A DNA stretch of 64,000 bases from Eledone cirrhosa (Eukaryota). The DNA lies in assembly GCA_964016885.1 (NCBI GenBank), contig OZ024740.1:113398001-113462000 (forward strand). Reading direction: 5' to 3'. The notes below the pieces were generated by a model. It made no database searches and was not told where the DNA came from. It saw only the letters and a list, made by a program, of their open reading frames with translations. The position numbers were made by a program, and so were the translations under genes. Below are positions 27,814 to 43,500 of this stretch, piece by piece; the stretch's first letter is position 1; each line of letters opens with the position of its first letter.

Positions 27814-27884
27814 GATGTGTTGGTGTAATGGTAGCACAGTGGTCTGATTAACCAAAGTTGAGGGTTCGCCTCCCATATACGTCA
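27814..27884 (+). tRNA. Second, more diverged tRNA-like copy followed by TTTTT (27894-27898)
   Basis: tggtgtaatgg A-box and ggttcgcctcc B-box; the anticodon loop differs (CTGATTA). Confidence 0.45.
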
Positions 27885-27989
27885 ATACTCATCTTTTTCC
27901 ATTTATCTAAAGGTTCTAGACCCCATTATCAGGCTTAAATTTCTTTAGACAAAAAGTACGGTCAAAGCTATTCTATTTTCTAATATATA

Positions 27990-28175
27990 TATAACAAAGG
28001 AATTTTGGTGAGAAACCAGATGGACCATAACGCACCAGAGTACTCAATACTTAGGGTAGTAGAGTGGGAAATAGGAAAAAGTATGACCCCAACGGCAGAG
28101 CTCAAGCCGTTTCGACGGTCCAAAAATGGCCGTCGAAACGGCTCGAGCTCTGCCGTCGGGGTCATACTTTTTCCT

Positions 28176-28176
<1 letters not shown>
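27990..28176. repeat. Foldback copy of the short TA-embedded family
   Basis: ataggaaaaagtatgacccc.acggcagagctc.agccgtttcgacgg..ccgtcgaaacggct.gagctctgccgt.ggggtcatactttttcctat. Confidence 0.85.
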
Positions 28177-28268
<92 letters not shown>

Positions 28269-28569
28269 TGCCGAGTTTTATATGTACAAAAAACATATCT
28301 ATTTTCAACATCGGATACATATAGATATAGCTATGGATGCATGTATGTGAATCTGCGAGTGCGGATGTATGTGAACAAAATAAACACACACAAGAAATTG
28401 AAACCAAGTGATGCTAACATGAGAGAAGGCAGTGCGAAAGAAGGAGGGTGGGAGTATAGAAAAGGCGGGGCAACGATCATCATAAGATTAGAATCAAAGG
28501 AATAGTTATCATGGTTGAACTATGTTGGTTTAGATAGACATATAACATCTGTTAAAAGCAGATTGTGAA

Positions 28570-31500
28570 CGACAACAATTACAACAACCACTACAACAAT
28601 AAGAGTGACAACAACCATGACAACAATAAGAGTGACAACAACCATGACAACAATAAGAGTGACAACAACCATGACAACGACCACAGCAACAATAAGTACA
28701 ACAGCTACTACAACAATAAGAGTGACAACAATCATGACAACGACCACTGCAACAATAAATACAACAACTACTACAACAATAAGAGTGACAACAACCACGA
28801 CAACGACCACTGCAACAATAAATACAACAACCACTACAACAATAAGAGTGACAACAACCAAGACAATGACCACTGCAACAATAAATACAACAACCACTAC
28901 AACAATAAGAGTGACAACAACCATGACAACGACCACTGCAACAATAAATACAACAACTACTACAACAATAAGAGTGACAACAACCATGACAACGACCACT
29001 GCAACAATAAATACAACAACCACTACAACAATAAGTACAACAACCACTACAACAATAAGAGTGACAACAACCATGACAACGACCACTGCAACAATAAATA
29101 CAGCAACTACTACAACAATAAGTGTGACAACAACCATGGCAACGACCACTGCAACAATAAATACAACAACTACTACAACAATAAGAGTGACAACAACCAT
29201 GACAACGACCACTGCAACAATAAATACAACAACTACTACAACAATAAGAGTGACAACAACCATGGCAACGACCACTGCAACAATAAATACAACAACTACT
29301 ACAACAATAAGAGTGACAACAACCATGACAACGACCACTGCAACAATAAATACAACAACTACTACAACAATAAGAGTGACAACAACCATGACAACGACCA
29401 CAGCAACAATAAATACAACAACTACTACAACAATAAGAGTGACAACAACCACGACAACGACCACTGCAACAATAAATACAACAACCACTACAACAATAAG
29501 AGTGACAACAACCATGACAACGACCACAGCAACAATAAATACAACAACTACTACAACAATAAGAGTGACAACAACCACGAAAACGACCACTGCAACAATA
29601 AATACAACAACTACTACAACAATAAGAGTGACAACAACCATGACAACGACCACTGCAACAATAAATACAACAACTACTACAACAATAAGAGTGACATCAA
29701 CCATGACAACGACCACTGCAACAATAAATACAACAACTACTACAACAATAAGAGTGACAACAACCACGACAACGACCACTGCAACAATAAATACAACAAC
29801 CACTACAACAATAAGAGTGACAACAACCACGACAACGACCACTGCAACAATAAATACAACAACTACTACAACAATAAGAGTGACAACAACCACGACAACG
29901 ACCACTGCAACAATAAATACAACAACTACTACAACAATAAGAGTGACATCAACCATGACAACGACCACTGCAACAATAAATACAACAACTACTACAACAA
30001 TAAGAGTGACATCAACCATGACAACGACCACTGCAACAATAAATACAACAACTACTACAACAATAAGAGTGACAACAACCACGACAACGACCACTGCAAC
30101 AATAAATACAACAACCACTACAACAATAAGAGTGACAACAACCAAGACAATGACCACTGCAACAATAAATACAACAACCACTACAACAATAAGAGTGACA
30201 ACAACCATGACAACGACCACTGCAACAATAAATACAACAACTACTACAACAATAAGAGTGACAACAACCATGACAACGACCACTGCAACAATAAATACAA
30301 CAACCACTACAACAATAAGTACAACAACCACTACAACAATAAGAGTGACAACAACCATGACAACGACCACTGCAACAATAAATACAGCAACTACTACAAC
30401 AATAAGTGTGACAACAACCATGGCAACGACCACTGCAACAATAAATACAACAACTACTACAACAATAAGAGTGACAACAACCATGACAACGACCACTGCA
30501 ACAATAAATACAACAACTACTACAACAATAAGAGTGACAACAACCATGGCAACGACCACTGCAACAATAAATACAACAACTACTACAACAATAAGAGTGA
30601 CAACAACCATGACAACGACCACTGCAACAATAAATACAACAACTACTACAACAATAAGAGTGACAACAACCATGACAACGACCACAGCAACAATAAATAC
30701 AACAACTACTACAACAATAAGAGTGACAACAACCACGACAACGACCACTGCAACAATAAATACAACAACCACTACAACAATAAGAGTGACAACAACCATG
30801 ACAACGACCACAGCAACAATAAATACAACAACTACTACAACAATAAGAGTGACAACAACCACGACAACGACCACTGCAACAATAAATACAACAACTACTA
30901 CAACAATAAGAGTGACAACAACCATGACAACGACCACTGCAACAATAAATACAACAACTACTACAACAATAAGAGTGACATCAACCATGACAACGACCAC
31001 TGCAACAATAAATACAACAACTACTACAACAATAAGAGTGACAACAACCACGACAACGACCACTGCAACAATAAATACAACAACCACTACAACAATAAGA
31101 GTGACAACAACCACGACAACGACCACTGCAACAATAAATACAACAACTACTACAACAATAAGAGTGACACCAACCATGACAACGACCACTGCAACAATAA
31201 ATACAACAACTACTACAACAATAAGAGTGACATCAACCATGACAACGACCACTGCAACAATAAATACAACAACTACTACAACAATAAGAGTGACAACAAC
31301 CACGACAACGACCACTGCAACAATAAATACAGCAACTATTACAACAATAAGAGTGACATCAACCATGACAACGACCACTGCAACAATAAATACAACAACT
31401 ACTACAACAATAAGAGTGACAACAACCATGACAACGACCACTGCAACAATAAGTACAACTACTACTACAACAATAAGAGTGACAACAACCACGACAACGA

Positions 31501-34500
31501 CCACTGCAACAATAAATACAACAACTACTACAACAATAAGAGTGACATCAACCATGACAACGACCACTGCAACAATAAATACAACAACTACTACAACAAT
31601 AAGAGTGACAACAACCACGACAACGACCACTGCAACAATAAATACAACAACAACTACAACAATAAGAGTGACAACAACCATGACAACGACCACTGCAACA
31701 ATAAATACAGCAACTATTACAACAATAAGAGTGACATCAACCATGACAACGACCACTGCAACAATAAATACAGCAACTATTACAACAATAAGAGTGACAT
31801 CAACCATGACAACGACCACTGCAACAATAAATACAACAACTACTACAACAATAAGAGTGACAACAACCATGGCAACGACCACTGCAACAATAAATACAAC
31901 AACTACTACAACAATAAGAGTGACAACAACCATGGCAACGACCACTGCAACAATAAATACAGCAACTATTACAACAATAAGAGTGACAACAACCATGGCA
32001 ACGACCACTGCAACAATAAATACAACAACTACTACAACAATAAGAGTGACAACAACCATGGCAACGACCACTGCAACAATAAATACAACAACTACTACAA
32101 CAATAAGAGTGACAACAACCATGGCAACGACCACTGCAACAATAAATACAGCAACTATTACAACAATAAGAGTGACAACAACCATGGCAACGACCACTGC
32201 AACAATAAATACAACAACTACTACAACAATAAGAGTGACAACAACCATGGCAACGACCACTGCAACAATAAATACAACAACTACTACAACAATAAGAGTG
32301 ACAACAACCATGGCAACGACCACTGCAACAATAAATACAGCAACTATTACAACAATAAGAGTGACAACAACCATGACAACGACCACTGCAACAATAAATA
32401 CAACAACTACTACAACAATAAGAGTGACAACAACCATGGCAACGACCACTGCAACAATAAATACAACAACTACTACAACAATAAGAGTGACAACAACCAT
32501 GGCAACGACCACTGCAACAATAAATACAACAACTACTACAACAATAAGAGTGACAACAACCATGGCAACGACCACTGCAACAATAAATACAACAACTACT
32601 ACAACAATAAGAGTGACAACAACCATGGCAACGACCACTGCAACAATAAATACAGCAACTATTACAACAATAAGAGTGACAACAACCATGGCAACGACCA
32701 CTGCAACAATAAATACAGCAACTATTACAACAATAAGAGTGACAACAACCATGGCAACGACCACTGCAACAATAAATACAACAACCACTACAACAATAAG
32801 AGTGACAACAACCATGACAACGACCACTGCAACAATAAATACAACAACTACTACAACAATAAGAGTGACAACAACCATGGCAACGACCACTGCAACAATA
32901 AATACAACAACTACTACAACAATAAGAGTGACAACAACCATGGCAACGACCACTGCAACAATAAATACAGCAACTATTACAACAATAAGAGTGACAACAA
33001 CCATGGCAACGACCACTGCAACAATAAATACAGCAACTATTACAACAATAAGAGTGACAACAACCATGGCAACGACCACTGCAACAATAAATACAACAAC
33101 CACTACAACAATAAGAGTGACAACAACCATGACAACGACCACTGCAACAATAAATACAACAACTACTACAACAATAAGAGTGACAACAACCATGGCAACG
33201 ACCACTGCAACAATAAATACAACAACTACTACAACAATAAGAGTGACAACAACCATGGCAACGACCACTGCAACAATAAATACAGCAACTATTACAACAA
33301 TAAGAGTGACAACAACCATGGCAACGACCACTGCAACAATAAATACAACAACTACTACAACAATAAGAGTGACAACAACCACGACAACGACCACCGCAAC
33401 AATAAGTACAACAACTACTACAACAATAAGAGTGACAACAACCATGACAACGACCACTGCAACAATAAATACAACAACCACTACAACAATAAGTACAACA
33501 ACTACTACAACAATAAGAGTGACAACAACCATGACAACGACCACTGCAACAATAAATACAACAACCACTACAACAATAAATACAACAACCACTACAACAA
33601 TAAGAGTGACAACAACCACGACAACGACCACTGCAACAATAAATACAACAACCACTACAACAATAAGTACAACAACTACTACAACAATAAGAGTGACAAC
33701 AACCATGACAACGACCACTACAACAATAAATACAACAACCACTACAACAATAAATACAACAACCACTACAACAATAAGAGTGACAACAACCATGACAACG
33801 ACCACTGCAACAATAAATACAACAACTACTACAACAATAATAGTGACAACAACCATGACAACGACCACAGCAACAATAAATAGAACAACTACTACAACAA
33901 TAAGAGTGACAACAACCATGACAACGACCACTGCAACAATAAATACAACAACTACTACAACAATAAGAGTGACAACAACCATGACAACGACCACTGCAAC
34001 AATAAATACAACAACCACTACAACAATAAGAGTGACAACAACCATGACAACGACCACTGCAACAATAAATACAACAACTACTACAACAATAAGAGTGACA
34101 ACAACCATGACAACGACCACTGCAACAATAAATACAACAACCACTACAACAATAAGAGTGACAACAACCACGACAACGACCACAGCAACAATAAATACAA
34201 CAACTACTACAACAATAAGAGTGACAACAAACATGACAACGACCACTGCAACAATAAATACAACAACTACTACAACAATAAGAGTGACAACAACCATGAC
34301 AACGACCACTGCAACAATAAATACAACAACCACTACAACAATAAGAGTGACAACAACCATGACAACGACCACTGCAACAATAAATACAACAACTACTACA
34401 ACAATAAGAGTGACAACAACCATGACAACGACCACTGCAACAATAAATACAACAACTACTACAACAATAAGAGTGACAACAACCATGACAACGACCACAG

Positions 34501-37500
34501 CAACAATAAATACAACAACTACTACAACAATAAGAGTGACAACAACCATGACAACGACCACTGCAACAATAAATACAACAACTACTACAACAATAAGAGT
34601 GACAACAACCATGACAACGACCACTGCAACAATAGATACAACAACTACTACAACAATAAGAGCGACAACAACCACGACAACGACCACAGCAACAATAAAT
34701 ACAACAACCACTACAACAATAAGAGTGACAACAACCATGACAACGACCACTGCAACAATAAATACAACAACTACTACAACAATAAGAGTGACATCAACCA
34801 TGAAAACGACCACTGCAACAATAAATACAACAACTACTACAACAATAAGAGTGACAACAACCACGACAACGACCACAGCAACAATAAATACAACAACCAC
34901 TACAACAATAAGAGTGACAACAACCATGACAACGACCACTGCAACAATAAATACAACAACTACTACAACAATAAGAGTGACATCAACCATGACAACGACC
35001 ACTGCAACAATAAATACAACAACTACAACAACAATAAGAGTGACAACAACCATGACAACGATCACTGCAACAATAAATACAACAACCACTACAACAATAA
35101 GAGTGACAACAACCATGACAACGACCACTGCAACAATAAATACAACAACTACTACAACAATAAGAGTGACAACAACCATGACAACGACCACTGCAACAAT
35201 AAATACAACAACTACTACAACAATAAGAGTGACAACAACCACGACAACGACCACAGCAACAATAAATACAACAACTACTACAACAATAAGAGTGACAACA
35301 ACCACGACAACGACCACTGCAGCAATAAATACAACAACTACTACAACAATAAGAGTGACAACAACCATGACAACGACCACTGCAACAATAAATACAACAA
35401 CTACTACAACAATAAGAGTGACAACAACCATGACAACGACCACAGCAACAATAAATACAACAACTACTACAACAATAAGAGTGACAACGACCATGACAAC
35501 GACCACTGCAACAATAAATACAACAACTACTACAACAATAAGAGTGACAACAACCATGACAACGACCACTGCAACAATAAATACAACAACTACTACAACA
35601 ATAAGAATGACAACAACCATGACAACGTCCACTGCAACAATAAATACAACAACTACTACAACAATAAGAGTGACAACAACCATGACAACGACCACTGCAA
35701 CAATAAATACAACAACTACTACATCAATAAGAGTGACATCAACCATGACAACGACCACTGCAACAATAAATACAACAACTACTACAACAATAAGAGTGAC
35801 AACAACCATGACAACGACCACTGCAACAATAAATACAACAACTACTACAACAATAAGAGTGACAACAACCATGACAACGTCCACTGCAACAATAAATACA
35901 ACAACTACTACAACAATAAGAGTGACAACAACCATGACAACGACCACAGCAACAATAAATACAACAACTACTACAACAATAAGAGTGACAACAACCATGA
36001 CAACGACCACTGCAACAATAAATACAACAACTACTACAACAATAAGAGTGACAACAACCATGACAACGACCACTGCAACAATAAATACAACAACTACTAC
36101 AACAATAAGAGTGACAACAACCATGACAACGACCACTACAACAATAAATACAACAACCACTACAACAATAAGAGTGACAACAACCATGACAACGACCACT
36201 ACAACAATAAATACAACAACCACTACAACAATAAGAGTGACAACAACCATGACAACGACCACTACAACAATAAATACAACAACCACTACAACAATAAGAG
36301 TGACAACAACCATGACAACGACCACTGCAACAATAAATACAACAACCACTACAACAATAAGAGTGACAACAACCATGACAACGACCACTACAACAATAAA
36401 TACAACAACTACTACAACAATAAGAGTGACAACAACCATGACAACGACCACTGCAACAATAAATACAACAACTACTACAACAATAAGAGTGACAACAACC
36501 ACGACAACGACCACTACAACAATAAATACAACAACCACTACAACAATAAGAGTGACAACAACCATGACAACGACCACTGCAACAATAAATACAACAACCA
36601 CTACAACAATAAGAGTGACAACAACCATGACAACGACCACTACAACAATAAATACAACAACTACTACAACAATAAGAGTGACAACAACCATGACAACGAC
36701 CACTGCAACAATAAATACAACAACTACTACAACAATAAGAGTGACAACCACCATGACAACGACCACTGCAACAATAAATACAACAACTACTACAACAATA
36801 AGAGTGACAACAACCATGACAACGACCACTGCAACAATAAGTACAACTACTACTACAACAATAAGAGTGACAACAACCATGACAACGACCACAGCAACAA
36901 TAAATACAACAACTACTACAACAATAAGAATGACAACAACCATGACAACGACCACTGCAACAATAAATACAACAACTACTACAACAATAAGAGTGACAAC
37001 AACCATGACAACGACCACTGCAACAATAAGTACAACTACAACTACAACAATAAGAGTGACAACAACCATGACAACGACCACAGCAACAATAAATACAACA
37101 ACTACTACAACAATAAGAATGACAACAACCATGACAACGACCACTGCAACAATAAATACAACAACTACTACAACAATAAGAGTGACAACCACCATGACAA
37201 CGACCACTGCAACAATAAATACAACAACTACTACAACAATAAGAGTGACAACAACCATGACAACGACCACTGCAACAATAAGTACAACTACTACTACAAC
37301 AATAAGAGTGACAACAACCATGACAACGACCACAGCAACAATAAATACAACAACTACTACAACAATAAGAATGACAACAACCATGACAACGACCACAGCA
37401 ACAATAAATACAACAACTACTACAACAATAAGAGTGACAACAACCATGACAACGACCACTGCAACAATAAATACAACAACTACTACAACAATAAGAGTGA

Positions 37501-40500
37501 CAACAACCATGACAACGACCACTGCAACAATAAATACAACAACTACTACAACAATAAGAGTGACAACAACCATGACAACGACCACTGCAACAATAAGTAC
37601 AACAACCACTACAACAATAAGAGTGACAACAACCATGACAACGACCACTGCAACAATAAATACAACAAATACTACAACAAAAAGTGTGACAACAACAATG
37701 ACAACGACCACTGCAACAATGAATACAACAACTACTACAACAATAATAGAGACAACAACCATGACAACGTCCACTGAAACAATAAATACAACAACTACTA
37801 CAACAATAAGAGTGACAACAACCATGACAACGACCACTGCAACAATAAATACAACAACTACAACAACAAGAAGAGTGACAACAACCATGACAAAGACCAC
37901 TGCAACAATAAATACAACAAATACAACAAGAAGAGTGACAACAACCATGACAACGACCCCTGCAACAACAAATACAACAACTACAACAACAATAAAAGTG
38001 ACAACAACCACGACAACGTCCACTGCAACAATAAATACAACAACTACTACAACAATAAGAGTGACAACAACCACGACAACGACCACTGCAACAATAAATA
38101 CAACAACTACTACAACAATAAGAGTGACAACAACCACGACAACGACCACTGCAACAATAAATACAGCAACTACTACAACAATAAGAGTGACAACAACCAC
38201 GACAACGTCCACTGCAACAATAAATACAACAACTACAACAACAATAAGAGTGACAACAACCACGACAACGACCACAGCAACAATAAATACAACAACTACT
38301 ACAACAATAAGAGTGACAACAACCACGACAACGTCCACTGCAACAATAAATACAACACCTACTACAACAATAAGAGTGACAACAACCACGACAACGACCA
38401 CTGCAACAATAAATACAACAACTACAACAACAATAAAAGTGACAACAACCACGACAACGTCCACTGCAACAATAAATACAACAACTACTACAACAATAAG
38501 AGTGACAACAACCATGACAACGACCACTGCAACAATAAATACAACAACTACTACAACAATAAGAGTGACAACAACCACGACAACGACCACTGCAACAATA
38601 AATACAACAACTACTACAACAACTACTACAACAATAAGAGTGACAACAACCATGACAACGACCACTGCAACAATAAATACAACAACTACTACAACAATAA
38701 GAGTGGCAACAACCACGACAACGACCACAGCAACAATAAATACAACAACTACTACAACAATAAGAGTGACAACAACCACGACAACGACCACAGCAACAAT
38801 AAATACAACAACTACTACAACAATAAGAGTGGCAACAACCACGACAACGACCACAGCAACAATAAATACAACAACAACTACAACAATAAGAGTGACAACA
38901 ACCATGACAACGACCACAGCAACAATAAATACAACAACAACTACAACAATAAGAGTGACAACAACCATGACAACGACCACAGCAACAATAAATACAACAA
39001 CAACTACAACAATAAGAGTGACAACAACCATGACAACGACCACAGTAAAAATAAATACAACAACTACTACAACAATAAGAGTGACCACAACCACGACAAC
39101 GACCACAGCAACAATAAATACAACAACTACTACAACAATAAGAGTGACAACAACCATGACAACGACCACTGCAACAATAAATACAACAACTACTACAACA
39201 ATAAGAGTGACAACAACCACGACAACGTCCACTGCAACAATAAATACAACAACCACTACAACAATAAGAGTGACAACAACCACGACAACGACCACTGCAA
39301 CAATAAATACAACAACTACTACAACAATAAGAGTGACAACAACCATGACAACGACCACTGCAACAATAAATACAACAACTACTACAACAATAAGAGTGAC
39401 AACAACCACGACAACGACCACTGCAAAAATAAATACAACAACTACTACAACAATAAGAGTGACCACAACCACGACAACGACCACAGCAACAATAAATACA
39501 ACAACCACTACAACAATAAGAGTGACAACAACCACGACAACGACCACTGCAACAATAAATACAACAACTACAACAACAATAAAAGTGACAACAACCATGA
39601 CAACGACCCCTGCAACAATAAATACAACAACTACTACAACAATAAGAGTGACAACAACCATGACAACGACCACTGCAACAATAAATACAACAACTACTAC
39701 AACAATAAGAGTGACAACAACCATGACAACGACCACTGCAACAATAAATACAACAACTACTACAACAATAAGAGTGACAACAACCATGACAACGACCACT
39801 GCAACAATAAATACAACAACTACTACAACAATAAGAGTGACAACAACCATGACAACGACCACAGCAACAATAAATACAACAACTACTACAACAATAAGAG
39901 TGACAACAACCATGACAACGACCACTGCAACAATAGATACAACAACTACTACAACAATAAGAGTGACAACAACCACGACAACGTCCACTGCAACAATAAA
40001 TACAACAACTACTACAACAACTACTACAACAATAAGAGTGACAACAACCATGACAACGACCACTGCAACAATAAATACAACAACTACTACAACAATAAGA
40101 GTGACAACAACCACGACAACGACCACTGCAACAATAGATACAACAACTACTACAACAACTACTACAACAATAAGAGTGACAACAACCACGACAACGTCCA
40201 CTGCAAAAATAAATACAACAACTACTACAACAATAAGAGTGACAACAACCATGACAACGACCACTGCAACAATAGATACACAAACTACTACAACAACTAC
40301 TACAACAATAAGAGTGACAACAACCACGACAACGTCCACTGCAACAATAAATACAACTACTACTACAACAATAAGAGTGACAACAACCATGACAACGTCC
40401 ACTGCAACAATAAGTACAACTACTACTACAACAATAAGAGTGACAACAACCATGACAACGACCACAGCAACAATAAGTACAACTACTACTACAACAATAA

Positions 40501-43500
40501 GAGTGACAACAACCATGACAACGTCCACTGCAACAATAAGTACAACTACTACTACAACAATAAGAGTGACAACAACCACGACAACGACCACAGCAACAAT
40601 AAGTACAACTACTACTACAACAATAAGAGTGACAACAACCATGACAACGACCACTGCAACAATAAATACAACAACTACTACAACAATAAGAGTGACAACA
40701 ACCATGACAACGACCACTGCAACAATAAATACAACAACTACTACAACAATAAGAGTGCCAACAACCATGACAACGACCACTGCAACAATAAATACAACAA
40801 CTACTACAACAATAAGAGTGACAACAACCATGACAACGACCACTGCAACAATAAGTACAACTACTACTACAACAATAAGAGTGACAACAACCATGACAAC
40901 GACCACTGCAACAATAAGTACAACTACTACTACAACAATAAGAGTGACAACAACCACGACAACGACCACTGCAACAATGAATACAACAACTACTACAACA
41001 ATAATAGAGACAACAACCATGACAACGTCCACTGAAACAATAAATACAACAACTACTACAACAATAAGAGTGACAACAACCATGACAACGACCACTGCAA
41101 CAATAAATACAACAACTACAACAACAAGAAGAGTGACAACAACCATGACAAAGACCACTGCAACAATAAATACAACAACTACAACAACAAGAAGAGTGAC
41201 AACAACCATGACAACGACCACTGCAACAATAAATGCAACAACTACTACAACAATAAGAGTGACAACAACCATGACAACGTCCACAGCAACAATAAATACA
41301 ACAACTACTACAACAATAAGAGTGACAACAACCACGACAACGACCACTGCAACAATAGATACACAAACTACTACAACAACTACTACAACAATAAGAGTGA
41401 CAACAACCACGACAACGTCCACTGCAACAATAAATACAACTACTACTACAACAATAAGAGTGACAACAACCATGACAACGTCCACAGCAACAATAAATAC
41501 AACAACTACTACAACAATAAGAGTGACAACAACCATGACAACGACCCCTGCAACAACAAATACAACAACTACAACAACAATAAAAGTGACAACAACCACG
41601 ACAACGTCCACTGCAACAATAAATACCACAACTACTACAACAATAAGAGTGACAACAACCACGACAACGTCCACTGCAACAATAAATACAACAACTACTA
41701 CAACAATAAGAGTGACAACAACCACGACAACGACCACTGCAACAATAAATACAACAACTACTACAACAATAAGAGTGACAACAACCATGACAACGACCAC
41801 TGCAACAATAAATACAACAACTACTACAACAATAAGAGTGACAACAACCATGACAACGACCACTGCAACAATAAATACAACAACCACTACAACAATAAGA
41901 GTGACAACAACCACGACAACGTCCACTGCAACAATAAATACAACAACTACTACAACAATAAGAGTGACAACAACCATGACAACGACCACTGCAACAATAA
42001 ATACAACAACCACTACAACAATAAATACAACAACTACTACAACAATAAGAGTGACAACAACCATGACAACGACCACAGCAACAATAAATACAACAACTAC
42101 TACAACAATAAGAGTGACAACAACCATGACAACGACCACTGCAACAATAAATACAACAACTACTACAACAATAAGAGTGACAACAACCATGACAACGACC
42201 ACAGCAACAATAAATACAACAACTACTACAACAATAAGAGTGACAACAACCATGACAACGACCACTGCAACAATAAATACAACAACTACTACAACAATAA
42301 GAGTGACAACAATAATGACAACGACCACAGCAACAATAAATACAACAACTACAACAATAAGAGTGACAACAATAATGACAACGACCACTGCAACAATAAA
42401 TACAACAACTACTACAACAATAAGAGTGACAAAAACCACGACAACGACCACAGCAACAATAAATACAACTACTACAACAATAAGAGTGACAACAATAATG
42501 ACAACGACCACTGCAACAATAAATACAACAACTACTACAACAATAAGAGTGACAACAATAATGACAACGACCACTGCAACAATAAATACAACAACTACTA
42601 CAACAATAAGAGTGACAAAAACCACGACAACGACCACAGCAACAATAAATACAACTACTACAACAATAAGAGTGACAACAATAATGACAACGACCACTGC
42701 AACAATAAATACAACAACTACTACAACAATAAGAGTGACAACAATAATGACAACGACCACAGCAACAATAAATACAACAACTACTACAACAATAAGAGTG
42801 ACAACAACCATGACAACGACCACAGCAACAATAAATACAACAACTACAACAATAAGAGTGACAACAACCACGACAACGACTACTGCAACAATAAATACAA
42901 CAACTACTACAACAATAAGAGTGACAACAACCATGACAACGTCCACTGCAACAATAAATACAACAACTACTACAACAATAAGAGTGACAACAACCATGAC
43001 AACGTCCACTGCAACAATAAATACAACAACTACTACAACAATAAGAGTGACAACAACCACGACAACGACTACTGCAACAATAAATACAACAACTACTACA
43101 ACAATAAGAGTGACAACAACCATGACAACGACCACTGCAACAATAAATACAACAACTACTACAACAATAAGAGTGACAACAACCATGACAACGTCCACTG
43201 CAACAATAAATACAACAACTACTACAACAATAAGAATGACAACAACCATGACAACGACCACTGCAACAATAAATACAACAACTACTACAACAATAAGAGT
43301 GACAACAACCACGACAACGACCACTGCAACAATAAATACAACAACTACTACAACAATAAGAGTGACAACAACCACGACAACGACCACTGCAACAATAAAT
43401 ACAACAACTACTACAACAATAAGAATGACAACAACCATGACAACGACCACTGCAACAATAAGTACAACTACTACTACAACAATAAGAGTGACAACAACCA

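Larger units (their letters stand above)
27325..27983. mobile_element. ~260-bp tRNA-containing unit in partial tandem plus inverted partial tandem
   Basis: atgacaagtaagtatgtt occurs at 27325 and 27583; inversion at ~27647; ggttcta.accccattatcaggct occurs at 27652 and 27912. Confidence 0.85.

Noticed and set aside
27463-27884. Functional tRNA genes
   Set aside because: The acceptor stem has several G.U pairs, the anticodon loops differ between copies, and both lie within a repeat unit.
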